Positions 53,589 to 63,242 of a DNA stretch of 64,000 nucleotides are shown in pieces. The translations under genes and the position numbers were made by a program. Below the pieces are notes generated by a model that searched no databases, was not told where the DNA came from, and saw only the letters and a program-made list of their open reading frames with translations. Positions within the stretch are counted from its first letter, which is position 1, and each line of letters begins with the position of its first letter. The stretch is from Bacteroides fragilis (GTDB lineage Bacteria; Bacteroidota; Bacteroidia; Bacteroidales; DTGW01). The stretch covers positions 66,349 through 130,348 of the forward strand of contig CAMDBI010000004.1 in NCBI GenBank assembly GCA_945889005.1. The letters are read 5' to 3'.

Positions 53589-53969
53589 TTAATCAACAAT
53601 TTCGATCATTTTAAATGGCACATGAATAATAGATTCATAATCTTCGCCTGCTTCGAGCATATCTTCATCGTCTTCTTCGTAGTACCAGTTAATGATTACT
53701 TCGTTTTTGGCTTTGTAAATAGCTTCTAATTTCTTAAAAACATCGAGAATACACTTTGAAGAGCTCGTATTAAAATATTCGAGTTGAATATTTACTTTGG
53801 TTAATGAAGCCGGACCTTTGCTGTATTCTTCGAGCCAATCGACTAAAGGCTTGTAAAATTCAATTGAGTTTTCGGGTATCGAACGACCTTTGATCTCAAC
53901 ACTGCCTTGTGAAGCATCAAACTTTACCGTAGGAGTCTTTGGGGTACCTTCTATTGTTAAAGTTTCCAT
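53589..53969 (-). CDS. DUF1987 / SiaC-like partner-switch phosphoprotein
   Basis: TPKTPTVKFD...IKGRSIPENSIEFYKPLVDWLEEY...LEYFNTSSSKCILDVF...INWYYEEDDEDMLEAG. 126 aa. Confidence 0.8.
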   Translation of the reverse strand: METLTIEGTPKTPTVKFDASQGSVEIKGRSIPENSIEFYKPLVDWLEEYSKGPASLTKVNIQLEYFNTSSSKCILDVFKKLEAIYKAKNEVIINWYYEEDDEDMLEAGEDYESIIHVPFKMIEIVD

Positions 53970-53998
53970 AATTTATTATTTATCGTATTTTGTTTTTT

Positions 53999-54547
53999 TT
54001 AATTTATCTGTACTGTAAAGTTATAAAAAAATATATCGTTATTATAACTGATAAAATTATAATTTAATTTATTCCCCGTTTTACGAGCAATGTCAATCAA
54101 TCCTAAACCTCCACCACCTTTGGCAGATAGCTTTTGGTGATTGAGAATAAATTTGTACATATCTTTTAGTTCATCTTCAGAAAGAGAATTGATTTTGTCA
54201 ATTTTTTCTTTCAAAAGCTTAATTTTTGTTGACGGTACAAAGTTTCCAGTTGTAATTATAATGCTTTCGTTAATCTTCTTTACAGAAATAATTGCAAATT
54301 TTATTTGGAAAGTATTTATTATTTCGTCGGGAAGTTCATCTACATGGTGATATAGGTTTTGAAGGCTTTCAACAAGAACGTTATAGACTTTTTTAATGGT
54401 CTTAGGATCTGCATTGTTGCTTTCAAGGTTTTTTTCAACACCTTCCAATATCTGGTTGATTACCTCTGCGGTAATACTCCCCTTGAAAGAATAAATTGAT
54501 TCTCCCTCAGTTATTTGTTTGTAATAGTCTTCTACGTTAAAGCTCAT
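53999..54547 (-). CDS. SiaB-like GHKL-type serine/threonine protein kinase (anti-sigma-factor-kinase fold)
   Basis: 182 aa. C-terminal G-rich ATP-lid AKGGGGLGLIDIARKTGN. Directly upstream of and co-oriented with a DUF1987 gene. Family call from memory. Confidence 0.65.
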   Translation of the reverse strand: MSFNVEDYYKQITEGESIYSFKGSITAEVINQILEGVEKNLESNNADPKTIKKVYNVLVESLQNLYHHVDELPDEIINTFQIKFAIISVKKINESIIITTGNFVPSTKIKLLKEKIDKINSLSEDELKDMYKFILNHQKLSAKGGGGLGLIDIARKTGNKLNYNFISYNNDIFFYNFTVQIN

Positions 54548-54683
54548 AAAGGACTGGCATTTTTAGGGTCAAGCTCCTGTTTTATATTTAACAAATATAT
54601 AAAATATTTCCAACTAACAAATAATAATAAGTTCTATATCACATTTTTTTATAAAAATAATTGATATAAAAATTATGCTAGCA

Positions 54684-55853
54684 TTACTCTGTTCTGTCCG
54701 ACAGCTTTTTAACTTTTAATGGGCCTGAAAATAATTCGTATTTCATGAAGTAACATTCAAGTGGGCCATTGTATAATTTTATTTTTTTCTTGTATTGTAA
54801 GCCAATGTTTTTGAGACCATCGATATTTGACGACATTACCCATGCCGAAAAGCCTGTGAAATTTCTTTTAAAGGTGGTACCCATATTGGAGTATATAGTT
54901 CTCAATGTGTCGGGTCTCATACGTTCGCCATAAGGTGGGTTCATAATAATAGTTCCTCCATGTGGGAAACGATTCTCGAGATCTTCGAAGTTTGAAACTG
55001 TTGTTCTGATATATTTTCCTAATGATGCACTTTGTATGTTTTTCTGAGCTATTGAAATAGCTCTCGACGACATATCTGATGCTACTATAATTGCCTTTTT
55101 GTCGTCGTCTTCGGGTTCTTCAGAAGCAATTTCTTCGAACAAATCGGGATCATAATCCTTCCATTTTTCAAAAGCAAAGCTTTTGCGGTATAAACCTGGG
55201 GGTATTTTATTGGCTATAAGTGCTGCTTCAATCGGTATGGTTCCCGACCCGCACATAGGATCAATCAAAGGTGTTTTTCCATTCCAGCCCGAAAGTAAAA
55301 CCAATCCGGCTGCCAACACTTCGTTGAGTGGCGCTATATCTGCTGCCACCCTGTATCCGCGTTTATATAAAGGTTCTCCCGAACTATTTAGTGAAATAGT
55401 TACTAGATCGTTAGATATGTGCAGGTTAATCAGTATGTTAGGGTCTTCGGTGTCGACATCGGGACGAGTGCCATACTTTTTCATCATTTGATCGACTATT
55501 GCATCTTTTAACTTGAGCGAAGCATATTGCGAATGCTTGAAAAAGTTTGAATGAACCGACGATTCGATGGCAAAAGTAAAGCCTTTTCGAAGATACATAT
55601 CCCAGTTGACGTATTGGGCAAATTTATACAATTCATCATCGTTTCGGGCATTGTATGTACATACTGGCTTTAGTATGCTTATAGCAGTGCGTAAATGATA
55701 ATTGGCTCGGTACATAAGTTCGTCGTTTCCTCTAAACAATACCGCTCTGTTCTTGATCAGAATGTCTTCTGCTCCAAGTTGTTTTAGTTCATCTGCTAAT
55801 ACTTCTTCTAATCCGAAAAATGTTTTAGCTGTAAAATCAAATTTTTCTTGCAT
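54684..55853 (-). CDS. THUMP-domain class I SAM-dependent RNA methyltransferase (RlmL/YpsC-like)
   Basis: N-terminal THUMP-like region. DPMCGSGTIPIEAA (SAM motif I) and NPPYGER (motif IV). Confidence 0.88.
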   Translation of the reverse strand: MQEKFDFTAKTFFGLEEVLADELKQLGAEDILIKNRAVLFRGNDELMYRANYHLRTAISILKPVCTYNARNDDELYKFAQYVNWDMYLRKGFTFAIESSVHSNFFKHSQYASLKLKDAIVDQMMKKYGTRPDVDTEDPNILINLHISNDLVTISLNSSGEPLYKRGYRVAADIAPLNEVLAAGLVLLSGWNGKTPLIDPMCGSGTIPIEAALIANKIPPGLYRKSFAFEKWKDYDPDLFEEIASEEPEDDDKKAIIVASDMSSRAISIAQKNIQSASLGKYIRTTVSNFEDLENRFPHGGTIIMNPPYGERMRPDTLRTIYSNMGTTFKRNFTGFSAWVMSSNIDGLKNIGLQYKKKIKLYNGPLECYFMKYELFSGPLKVKKLSDRTE

Positions 55854-55862
55854 TTGAATAAA

Positions 55863-57461
55863 TCAAAGTTGACCTAATTTTAAATTATTTTTATAAACAT
55901 CCCAATTTTCCATGATATCGAATGCTTTTCGATAGATAGGATCGTTGGTGTTGAAGATTTGATAAAATTCTGTACTGGTCCAGATATCTCTGGCAATATT
56001 GGCTTTTATCAATTGGGAGATCGATTTTTTTGAATTTTCAACTTCTGGCTGTTTAATTTTAATACTGTCGTTGGTCGAAAATTCAACAAATTGAGAGAAT
56101 ATTTTTTCATCTACCTCAAAATTTTCGGCAAAGGTATTGAAATTTGGATATCTTGTATTTATTTCTTTACGATTTTCGTCGACATATCTTAAAACAAATC
56201 GGTTTAGTGTTCCTTTTCTAATAACATCTCTATAAAAAGCTGGATATGAGTTTGTGTCAATTGGTATGAAAATATCGGGCATAATGCCTCCTCCGCCATA
56301 TATTATTCTTTTATTGTTTAGGGTGTATGTTTTTAGGGAGTCGGGAAAGTGTATGCTATCTTTATTTGTTAGTTCTCCACTATTGTAGCGGTTTATAAGG
56401 TCTTTGTCGTAATCTTCGTCTCCGGGCTTATAGGCTTTTTGTATACATCTGCCACTGGGTGTATAATATCGAGCCACTGTGAGTCGAAGCATCGATCCAT
56501 CGTTTAGGGGGAAAGGTCGTTGAACCAAACCTTTTCCGAATGAACGGCGACCAACTATAATACCTCGATCCCAATCTTGGATAGCTCCCGATAATATTTC
56601 GCTTGCCGATGCCGATCCTTCATCGATCATTATGACTACGTTCCCATTTTCGTACATTCCTTTTTCGGTCGACTTGTATTCGTTCCGAAGGCTGTGTGTG
56701 CCCTGAGTGTATACTATGAGTTTGTTTTTGTTGAGAAAATGATCGACAAGGTTCACTGCTTCTTCCAAATAGCCGCCTCCATTGTCGGTAAGATCGAGTA
56801 TTAGTCCCGATAGGGGACCAGTTGCTGTAAGTTTCTTTATTGCTTCTTCAAACTCTTTGGTAGTAGTCGATGCAAAGCGTGCAAGTTTAATGTAGCCTGT
56901 ATTGTTGACTCTGTACGATGCATCGATGCTATAAATAGGAATTTTATCGCGTATCAATGGGAAGTCTATGAGTTCCTTTTCGCCACGACGCTTAATACTT
57001 ACTGTAACGCTTGTGCCTTTTTTGCCCCGCAAATATGAAAACACATCTTTGTTTGTGATGCCTATACCTGCAACATTTTTTCCATTCACTTTAATAATGC
57101 GGTCACCGGCTATTATTCCTGCTTTTTCCGATGGACCGCCTATAATTGGACTTATAACATATATGGTATCGTTAAAAATGTTAAAAGAAACGCCGATGCC
57201 TTCAAAGTTTCCTTGTAAGGGTTCGTTCATGTCTTTTACTTCTTTGGGAGTAAGGTACGACGAATGTGGGTCGAGTTGTTTGATAAGCTCAATAATGGCA
57301 TTTTCGACAAGCTTATCTTCATTTACGGTATCTACATAGAAATTTGAGATGATGTCGAAAGATCGCCAAAGCTTAATGGTTTGATTGTTTATTGTTTGTG
57401 CGAATAAATAGCTATTTGCTAATAGGATTATTAACAAAACTCCAAATGTTTTTTTTTTCAT
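55863..57461 (-). CDS. S41-family carboxy-terminal processing peptidase
   Basis: Signal peptide. PDZ segment GIIAGDRIIKVNGKNV. Catalytic region DEGSASASEILSGAIQDWDRGIIVGRRSFGKGLVQ. Confidence 0.9.
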   Translation of the reverse strand: MKKKTFGVLLIILLANSYLFAQTINNQTIKLWRSFDIISNFYVDTVNEDKLVENAIIELIKQLDPHSSYLTPKEVKDMNEPLQGNFEGIGVSFNIFNDTIYVISPIIGGPSEKAGIIAGDRIIKVNGKNVAGIGITNKDVFSYLRGKKGTSVTVSIKRRGEKELIDFPLIRDKIPIYSIDASYRVNNTGYIKLARFASTTTKEFEEAIKKLTATGPLSGLILDLTDNGGGYLEEAVNLVDHFLNKNKLIVYTQGTHSLRNEYKSTEKGMYENGNVVIMIDEGSASASEILSGAIQDWDRGIIVGRRSFGKGLVQRPFPLNDGSMLRLTVARYYTPSGRCIQKAYKPGDEDYDKDLINRYNSGELTNKDSIHFPDSLKTYTLNNKRIIYGGGGIMPDIFIPIDTNSYPAFYRDVIRKGTLNRFVLRYVDENRKEINTRYPNFNTFAENFEVDEKIFSQFVEFSTNDSIKIKQPEVENSKKSISQLIKANIARDIWTSTEFYQIFNTNDPIYRKAFDIMENWDVYKNNLKLGQL

Positions 57462-57513
57462 TTTTCAAAAATGCGTATTTCGATTATTGCAAAAAAAAGT
57501 TAATGCGCAATAA

Positions 57514-57909
57514 TTATTCAATTTCTAAAACTTTAACAGGTATTTTTGAGATATCGCCCAATTCTTTGCCGGCTTCAGCCATTTGGGGATCTTCTCCATC
57601 GTAGTACCAATTGAGGTTTACTGAATGTCCTTTTTGATTAATATCTGAGAAAATGTGGAATATATCGACCAACAACCGTAGTGATGATGAGTTGTAATAA
57701 ATCATTTTAAAGAAAACATTTAATTCGGTATCGCCGGGAGGATTGTTGAGTAACTCTATTTTATATTGGTTGAGCCAGTACAATACAGGTTCATAAAATT
57801 CTGTTGCGTTTTCGGGTAATGAAAAACCATAGAACTCAAACACCTTATTTACCGGGTCTAACACTATGCCAGGTGTGAATTTGGTTGATTCAATGCGAAG
57901 GTATTTCAT
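57514..57909 (-). CDS. Second DUF1987 / SiaC-like protein (orphan)
   Basis: TPGIVLDP...FYGFSLPENATEFYEPVLYWLNQY...MIYYNSSSLRLLVDIF...NLNWYYDGEDPQMAEAG. Paralogue of 53589..53969. Confidence 0.75.
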   Translation of the reverse strand: MKYLRIESTKFTPGIVLDPVNKVFEFYGFSLPENATEFYEPVLYWLNQYKIELLNNPPGDTELNVFFKMIYYNSSSLRLLVDIFHIFSDINQKGHSVNLNWYYDGEDPQMAEAGKELGDISKIPVKVLEIE

Positions 57910-58051
57910 CAGTTATTGATTTTAAATGTTTTGTATATAATAAAAATACACAGAATTATTGAATATTATGTAATAAATTATTGGTAATTTTTTTTCAATG
58001 TTACGAAAATTTCTCAATTTAAAAAAACAATAAATTCTTAAAAAGAAAGCT

Positions 58052-59587
58052 CTATTCCCATTCAATAGTTGCCGGAGGCTTAGAGCTAATGTCGTACACA
58101 ACCCTATTTACTCCTTTTACTTTATTTATTATTTCGTTAGACATTTTACTTAAAAATTCATAAGGTAGATGTACCCAATCGGCGGTCATGCCATCGGTCG
58201 AAGATACTGCCCTCAGCGCAACTACATTTTCATAAGTACGTTCGTCGCCCATTACGCCTACCGATTGAACCGGTAACAGAATTGCTCCTGCCTGCCATAC
58301 TTTATCGTAAAGTTCGAATTCTTTAAGTCCTTCGATAAAAATATAATCAACATCTTGTAAAATATCTACTTTTTGATGGGTAACTTCTCCCAGAATGCGA
58401 ATGCCCAATCCGGGGCCCGGAAAAGGATGGCGGCCCAGTAGGGTTTCGGGTAGGTGCAATGCTCGACCTACTCTGCGTACTTCGTCTTTGAACAAAAGCC
58501 TGAGAGGCTCAACTACCTTTAGTTTCATGGTTTCGGGTAGCCCTCCTACATTGTGGTGCGATTTGATGGTTGCCGACGGTCCATTGACCGATACCGACTC
58601 GATTACATCGGGGTAAATAGTTCCCTGTGCCAGCCATTTAACGTCGGTAATTTGCTGTGCTTCAATGTCAAAGACTTCAATAAAACAGCGCCCGATTATT
58701 TTCCGTTTTTGCTCAGGGTCTGTGATTCCAATGAGTTCGCCCAAAAAACGAGGACCCGAATTGACGCCCTTAACATTTAAACCCAGATTTTTGTATGAAG
58801 CCAATACTGTTTCAAATTCATTTTTTCGGAGTAGGCCATTGTCGACAAAGATACAATGCAGGTTTGCACCAATTGCTTTGTGCAAGAGCATGGCAGCTAC
58901 CGACGAGTCGACTCCGCCCGATAAGCCGAGTACAACTTTGTCGTTTCCTAGTTTTTGTTTAAGTTCGGCAACAGTTGTTTCGATAAACGAATCGGGGGTC
59001 CACGATTGAGAGCAGCCACATATATCGCAAACGAAGTTTTTCAATATTTGTGCGCCTTCAGTCGAATGATATACTTCGGGGTGAAATTGAATGCCCCATG
59101 TTTGTTCGTTTTCAACTTGATATGCTGCAACATGAACATCTGCGGTACTGCCTATGATACTGAAGTTTTGAGGAATCTTGGTAATGGTGTCGCCATGCGA
59201 CATCCATACTTGGGTATTGGGCGATATATAACGAAACAATGAGTTTTCGGCGTTAAACGATTGTAAATTGGCTCGTCCGTATTCTCGGTGTTTAGAGGCT
59301 TGTACATCGCCACCCGATATTTTTGCCAAATATTGAGCACCATAGCAAACTCCTAACAATGGAAAGTGCCCTCTGATATGGTCTAAGGCAGGTGCTGGAG
59401 ACTCGGGTTCGCGAACAGAGAAAGGACTGCCCGAGAGAATTACTCCTTTTACCGATTTGTCGGGGGTGGGATAATGGTTGTATGGGTATATTTCGCAGTA
59501 AACATTGAGTTCGCGTACCCGGCGTGCTATAAGTTGTGTATATTGTGAGCCAAAATCGAGAATGAGTATCTTTTCCTGTACTTCCAT
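58052..59587 (-). CDS. guaA: GMP synthase (glutamine-hydrolysing)
   Basis: GATase start [29 protein letters not shown]-loop [11 protein letters not shown]-terminal ...KPPATIEWE. Confidence 0.96.
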   Translation of the reverse strand: MEVQEKILILDFGSQYTQLIARRVRELNVYCEIYPYNHYPTPDKSVKGVILSGSPFSVREPESPAPALDHIRGHFPLLGVCYGAQYLAKISGGDVQASKHREYGRANLQSFNAENSLFRYISPNTQVWMSHGDTITKIPQNFSIIGSTADVHVAAYQVENEQTWGIQFHPEVYHSTEGAQILKNFVCDICGCSQSWTPDSFIETTVAELKQKLGNDKVVLGLSGGVDSSVAAMLLHKAIGANLHCIFVDNGLLRKNEFETVLASYKNLGLNVKGVNSGPRFLGELIGITDPEQKRKIIGRCFIEVFDIEAQQITDVKWLAQGTIYPDVIESVSVNGPSATIKSHHNVGGLPETMKLKVVEPLRLLFKDEVRRVGRALHLPETLLGRHPFPGPGLGIRILGEVTHQKVDILQDVDYIFIEGLKEFELYDKVWQAGAILLPVQSVGVMGDERTYENVVALRAVSSTDGMTADWVHLPYEFLSKMSNEIINKVKGVNRVVYDISSKPPATIEWE

Positions 59588-59624
59588 GTTTGAATTTTAT
59601 TGAACCGCAAAATTAATAAAAAAC

Positions 59625-59694
59625 AATTTGAAAATGGGTAAATGATTAAATGAGTAAATGTGAAAATTTGCAAATGAGTAAATTTGAAAATATT
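59625..59694. repeat. AT-rich 8-nt unit array (about 8.75 phased units)
   Basis: AATTTGAA AATGGGTA AATGATTA AATGAGTA AATGTGAA AATTTGCA AATGAGTA AATTTGAA AATATT. Located between the guaA start and the helicase 3' end. Confidence 0.7.
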
Positions 59695-59713
59695 GCCTCA
59701 GTAATATTTATTT

Positions 59714-59796
59714 AAAACCCCAACCCCTTAAGAAGGGGCAATAACAGTTCGGTGAAGAAGTAGCCCCTCCTTCTTAAGGAGGGGTAGGGGAGGTTT
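59714..59796. repeat. GC-rich nested-hairpin intergenic element, copy 2 (inverted relative to copy 1)
   Basis: AAAACCCCAACCCCTTAAGAAGGGGCAATAACAG...TAGCCCCTCCTTCTTAAGGAGGGGTAGGGGAGGTTT. Its reverse complement aligns with 10174-10268 end to end except for the central segment. The ORF 59712..59981 is an artefact of it. Confidence 0.75.
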
Positions 59797-59833
59797 AAAA
59801 CCATAAATATAAGACATCGAATTTTTATTGTTA

Positions 59834-61255
59834 TTATTGCTCTTTCAAAAATTCTTGTTTGAAATTGATTAAAAACAAGCGTTCGGTTGCTCGTGTAAAA
59901 GCAGTATAGAACCACCGCAGGTATTCGATGTTGAGCATTTCGTCGGTAAACCAACCTTGATCGATAAACACATTTTGCCATTGTCCGCCTTGCGCTTTGT
60001 GGCAGGTTACAGCATAAGCAAACTTTATTTGTAGGGCATTGAAAAATTCGTTTTCTCGCACCTTTTGAATTAATTGTTTTTTTGAAGTAATTTCGGGATA
60101 GTCCTCGGCTACAAGATTGAAAAGTTCGCGGTTTTTTTCGTAAGGAAGGGCGGGGGCTTCGGTTGTAAGCGTATCGAGCATCACTATTGTGTCAAATGCG
60201 GGTATTTCGTAGTCGAACAATTGGATGCTTACCTCTGCAAAACGATAACCATAGCGTTCGTGATATTTTTTTATTTTCTTGATTTGAGCAATGTCGCCAT
60301 TGGCAATAAAATCGCGATTTTTGTTTTGTTGAAGCCAGAAATAATTGTTTTTGACAATCATAATTAAATCGCCGGTTGCAATCTCGCTGTCGCGAAAAAG
60401 GATTTGACTTCTGATGCCTTGGTTAAAGGCATTGGCTCGTTTGTTGCTTCGGCAAATAACTATGCTGTTCTCGATGCCGTGTTTGTCGTACATTTCGGTG
60501 AGCGAGGGGATGAGATCGGCCCCACCAATGGCATTGATGTCCGAATATTCTTTGCATACAATTTGAGGATACGAAGGAATTCCCTTTGCAATTAATTCGC
60601 GTAAGGCTGTGGCATTGAAAAGTATTCCCGATTGGGCGGTTTGTCGTACTACTTCTGTAAGTTCGATCTGGTCGACCGTGTAGCCTTCGCCGGTATAGAA
60701 ATACTGGTCAAGAGCCGGACTAACCGACAGACCAACAGGAGGCAATTGAGCTGTGTCGCCAATGATAAGCAGTTTGCACTGCAATTCGTTGTGTACGTAT
60801 AATAATAGATCGGACAATAGTTTTCCAGATCCAAAAATAGAGGAATCGTCGCCCTGTGCGGCAATCATAGAAGCTTCATCGACAATGAAAAGAGTAGAAG
60901 ATGCTAGGTTTCTGTTTAATACAAAGCGTCCAAAACCATCGGTCGACGAACGTTGGATATATATATGCTTATGTATGGTGTAGGCGTTTGTTCCGGCATA
61001 GTTTCCAATAACCTTTGCAGCTCGACCAGTAGGTGCCAGCAATTCGACCTTCATTTCGAATTGAGCAAGGGCTTTGACCATAGCTGCTACAACAGTTGTT
61101 TTTCCTGTTCCGGCGTAGCCTTTAATCATAAACACTTTTCGCCTATTGGGTTCCACAATAAACTCGCTTACCCGATCGATCAATTGTTGTTGTTCGTTGG
61201 TGGGTTGGTGTGTAAAATGTGTTAGAATACAGGTTGCAAGGTGTTTGCTTAACAT
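59834..61255 (-). CDS. RecD/Dda/Pif1-like superfamily 1 DNA helicase
   Basis: Walker A GYAGTGKTT, Walker B LFIVDEASM, GDTAQLPPV, C-terminal AYAVTCHKAQGGQW. 473 aa. Confidence 0.85.
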   Translation of the reverse strand: MLSKHLATCILTHFTHQPTNEQQQLIDRVSEFIVEPNRRKVFMIKGYAGTGKTTVVAAMVKALAQFEMKVELLAPTGRAAKVIGNYAGTNAYTIHKHIYIQRSSTDGFGRFVLNRNLASSTLFIVDEASMIAAQGDDSSIFGSGKLLSDLLLYVHNELQCKLLIIGDTAQLPPVGLSVSPALDQYFYTGEGYTVDQIELTEVVRQTAQSGILFNATALRELIAKGIPSYPQIVCKEYSDINAIGGADLIPSLTEMYDKHGIENSIVICRSNKRANAFNQGIRSQILFRDSEIATGDLIMIVKNNYFWLQQNKNRDFIANGDIAQIKKIKKYHERYGYRFAEVSIQLFDYEIPAFDTIVMLDTLTTEAPALPYEKNRELFNLVAEDYPEITSKKQLIQKVRENEFFNALQIKFAYAVTCHKAQGGQWQNVFIDQGWFTDEMLNIEYLRWFYTAFTRATERLFLINFKQEFLKEQ

Positions 61256-61350
61256 AGCAATTGAATAATGATGTGCAAATTTACTTAATACACATTAGTT
61301 ACATATCGATACGATATAAATATTTCATATATTTGCCATAAAAACAAAAA

Positions 61351-62262
61351 ATGAGAATTGCAAATCCGATATACGATGTAGTTTTCAAGTACTTGATGGA
61401 CGACAATAAGATTGCTAAACTAATGATTTCAAAAATCATTGGCGAAGAAATTGAATCATTGGATTTTCAACCGAAAGAAAATATTGCAAAAATTTCACGC
61501 TCAGGTGCTGAAGAAGAAAAGCCCCAAGCTTCTTTTACAGTTTATAGATTGGACTTTGCCGCAAGGATTAAAATGCCAGATGGAGAATTTAAACAAGTAT
61601 TAATTGAAATACAAAAGGCTAAATTACCAACCGATATTATGCGATTTCGCAAATATATTGGACAGCAGTATTTTACCAATAAAAATGCAATTGATAAGGA
61701 AATAAATGGGGAATTACGTAAAACAGCTCTTCCTATTGTTTCAATATATTTTCTGGGCCACCCGTTAGATTTTGAGACTGCTCCGGTTATAAAGGTCAAT
61801 CGTAATTATATCGATTTGGCAACAGGTGAGCAGTTAAAAAACAAAGAGGAATTTATAGAAAGCCTAACACATGATAGCTACATCATTCAAATACCCGAAT
61901 TGAAAGGAAAGCGACGTACAGACTTAGAAAAGTTATTAAGTGTTTTTGACCAAAGTCAAAAAGAGAGCGACCATATTTTAAATATCAGTGAGATTGACTT
62001 CCCAGAGGAGTATCGCGATATTATTAGAAAGTTGCAAAGTGCCATCATTGATGAGGATATTCAGAACACAATGGATGTAGAGGATGAAATATTATCGGTA
62101 CTTGAGCTTAAAGAGCGCCGAATTGAGGATATGAAAGAATCTATTTCTAAAATGGATAAAGAACTTAGTGAAAAGGAAAATCTATTAAGCGAAAAAGATA
62201 ATCTATTAAACGAAAAAGATAGAAAAATTGAAGAATTATTGAAACGATTAGAGAATAAATAA
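61351..62262 (+). CDS. PD-(D/E)xK nuclease family protein of the Rpn / 'PDDEXK_2 transposase-like' type, with a C-terminal coiled coil
   Basis: N-terminal IANPIYDVVFKYLM..NKIAKLMISKIIGEEI. D...E-I-Q-K core (YRLDFAARI...VLIEIQKAKL). Heptad-repeat tail encoded by 21-bp tandem repeats. Confidence 0.65.
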   Translation: MRIANPIYDVVFKYLMDDNKIAKLMISKIIGEEIESLDFQPKENIAKISRSGAEEEKPQASFTVYRLDFAARIKMPDGEFKQVLIEIQKAKLPTDIMRFRKYIGQQYFTNKNAIDKEINGELRKTALPIVSIYFLGHPLDFETAPVIKVNRNYIDLATGEQLKNKEEFIESLTHDSYIIQIPELKGKRRTDLEKLLSVFDQSQKESDHILNISEIDFPEEYRDIIRKLQSAIIDEDIQNTMDVEDEILSVLELKERRIEDMKESISKMDKELSEKENLLSEKDNLLNEKDRKIEELLKRLENK

Positions 62263-62348
62263 CGTATAGCCCCTTCCTGGGCTCAAAACCCTGGAGGGCT
62301 GATAAAAATTATTAACTTATTATATAGTCTACCGTTATTTTAAATCAA

Positions 62349-63101
62349 ATGCGAAGTAATAAGGATAGTTTTATCCTTACTGTTCGTATGGCAGATACTG
62401 TTCAATTAATTCCTAAGGATTCTCTTATCTATGTTGTAAAGGATCTTTATGCTCAGATGACTGATACTACAGCTTATTGGCAGAATCAAACGAAGAGTAG
62501 TTTAAAATCTTCAAGTGAAGTATCTATGGGTTCGTCAGCTTATGTGGTCAGAAAAACTTATGAATACATTGTCCCCAAACAGACCGTGGTTCAGGTTGAT
62601 TCGGTTTTTGTTACTGATTCTACGGCTCTCAAGTCTAGTTCATCAGCTCTCAAATCTAGTGTAAGTACTAGTTTGGGATGGAGTAGTAGTGCTCTGAATA
62701 TTCAGACCAAGACTTTGGCTGGGAAAACTGCCGTGACGACCCAGACTTTTACCAAGCAGGTTGTTGTGGAGAATAAACAGGTGATTGTTCAAAAGCCTAT
62801 TGTTCCGCCTGCGGTTGAGCCACCTGTAGTTACAGTTCCTGGAGATACTACTTCTGTAGTGACTCCTCCTGTGCTTGGCTCTGTGGAACTCTCTGAATGT
62901 GATCTTGCTTTGATCTATTATTCTCAAGGTACGATTTATTGTAAGGGGTATTCTGGTCCTTATGAGCTCTACTCTTTGTTGGGTAGACCAGTTATGATTG
63001 GTAAGCTCATCAAGGGACAGAATATTTCTGTTCCTTCTGTTCCGAAGGGAGTATATTTGCTTCGTTTGGAAGGATTTGCGAAAAAAATTCTTATCCCCTA
63101 A
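62349..63101 (+). CDS. Protein with a T9SS type A C-terminal sorting domain (Por_Secre_tail-like) but no visible signal peptide; possibly 5'-truncated
   Basis: C-terminal YELYSLLGRPVMIGKLIKGQNISVPSVPKGVYLLRLEGFAKKILIP. Ser-rich low-complexity middle (ALKSSSSALKSSVS). The N-terminus MRSNKDSFILTVRMADTV has no hydrophobic h-region. Confidence 0.5.
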   Translation: MRSNKDSFILTVRMADTVQLIPKDSLIYVVKDLYAQMTDTTAYWQNQTKSSLKSSSEVSMGSSAYVVRKTYEYIVPKQTVVQVDSVFVTDSTALKSSSSALKSSVSTSLGWSSSALNIQTKTLAGKTAVTTQTFTKQVVVENKQVIVQKPIVPPAVEPPVVTVPGDTTSVVTPPVLGSVELSECDLALIYYSQGTIYCKGYSGPYELYSLLGRPVMIGKLIKGQNISVPSVPKGVYLLRLEGFAKKILIP

Positions 63102-63145
63102 TGTGATCTCACAAGTCTTTAGGAATTACTAAGAATTTATTATAA

Positions 63146-63180
63146 AAAAAGAGTCTAGGTTTTTTGCCTAGACTCTTTTT
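63146..63180. terminator. Bidirectional rho-independent terminator
   Basis: 12-bp stem AAAGAGTCTAGG / CCTAGACTCTTT with flanking A and T runs. Confidence 0.75.
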
Positions 63181-63194
63181 GCGATTATAAAAAA

Positions 63195-63222
63195 CCCCTT
63201 GCAAAATATATTTTGCAAGGGG
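63195..63222. terminator. Second palindromic hairpin between convergent genes
   Basis: CCCCTTGCAAAAT-at-ATTTTGCAAGGGG, a near-perfect palindrome. Confidence 0.55.
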
Positions 63223-63242
63223 TAAAAATAATTTGAGGTGAT

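Noticed and set aside
59712-59981. 89-aa minus-strand ORF spanning the GC-rich hairpin element and overlapping the helicase 3' end
   Set aside because: It starts inside the helicase gene in another frame and reads through the repeat element (…PLLKGLGF). Its counterpart copy at 10174 has no ORF, so it is an artefact.
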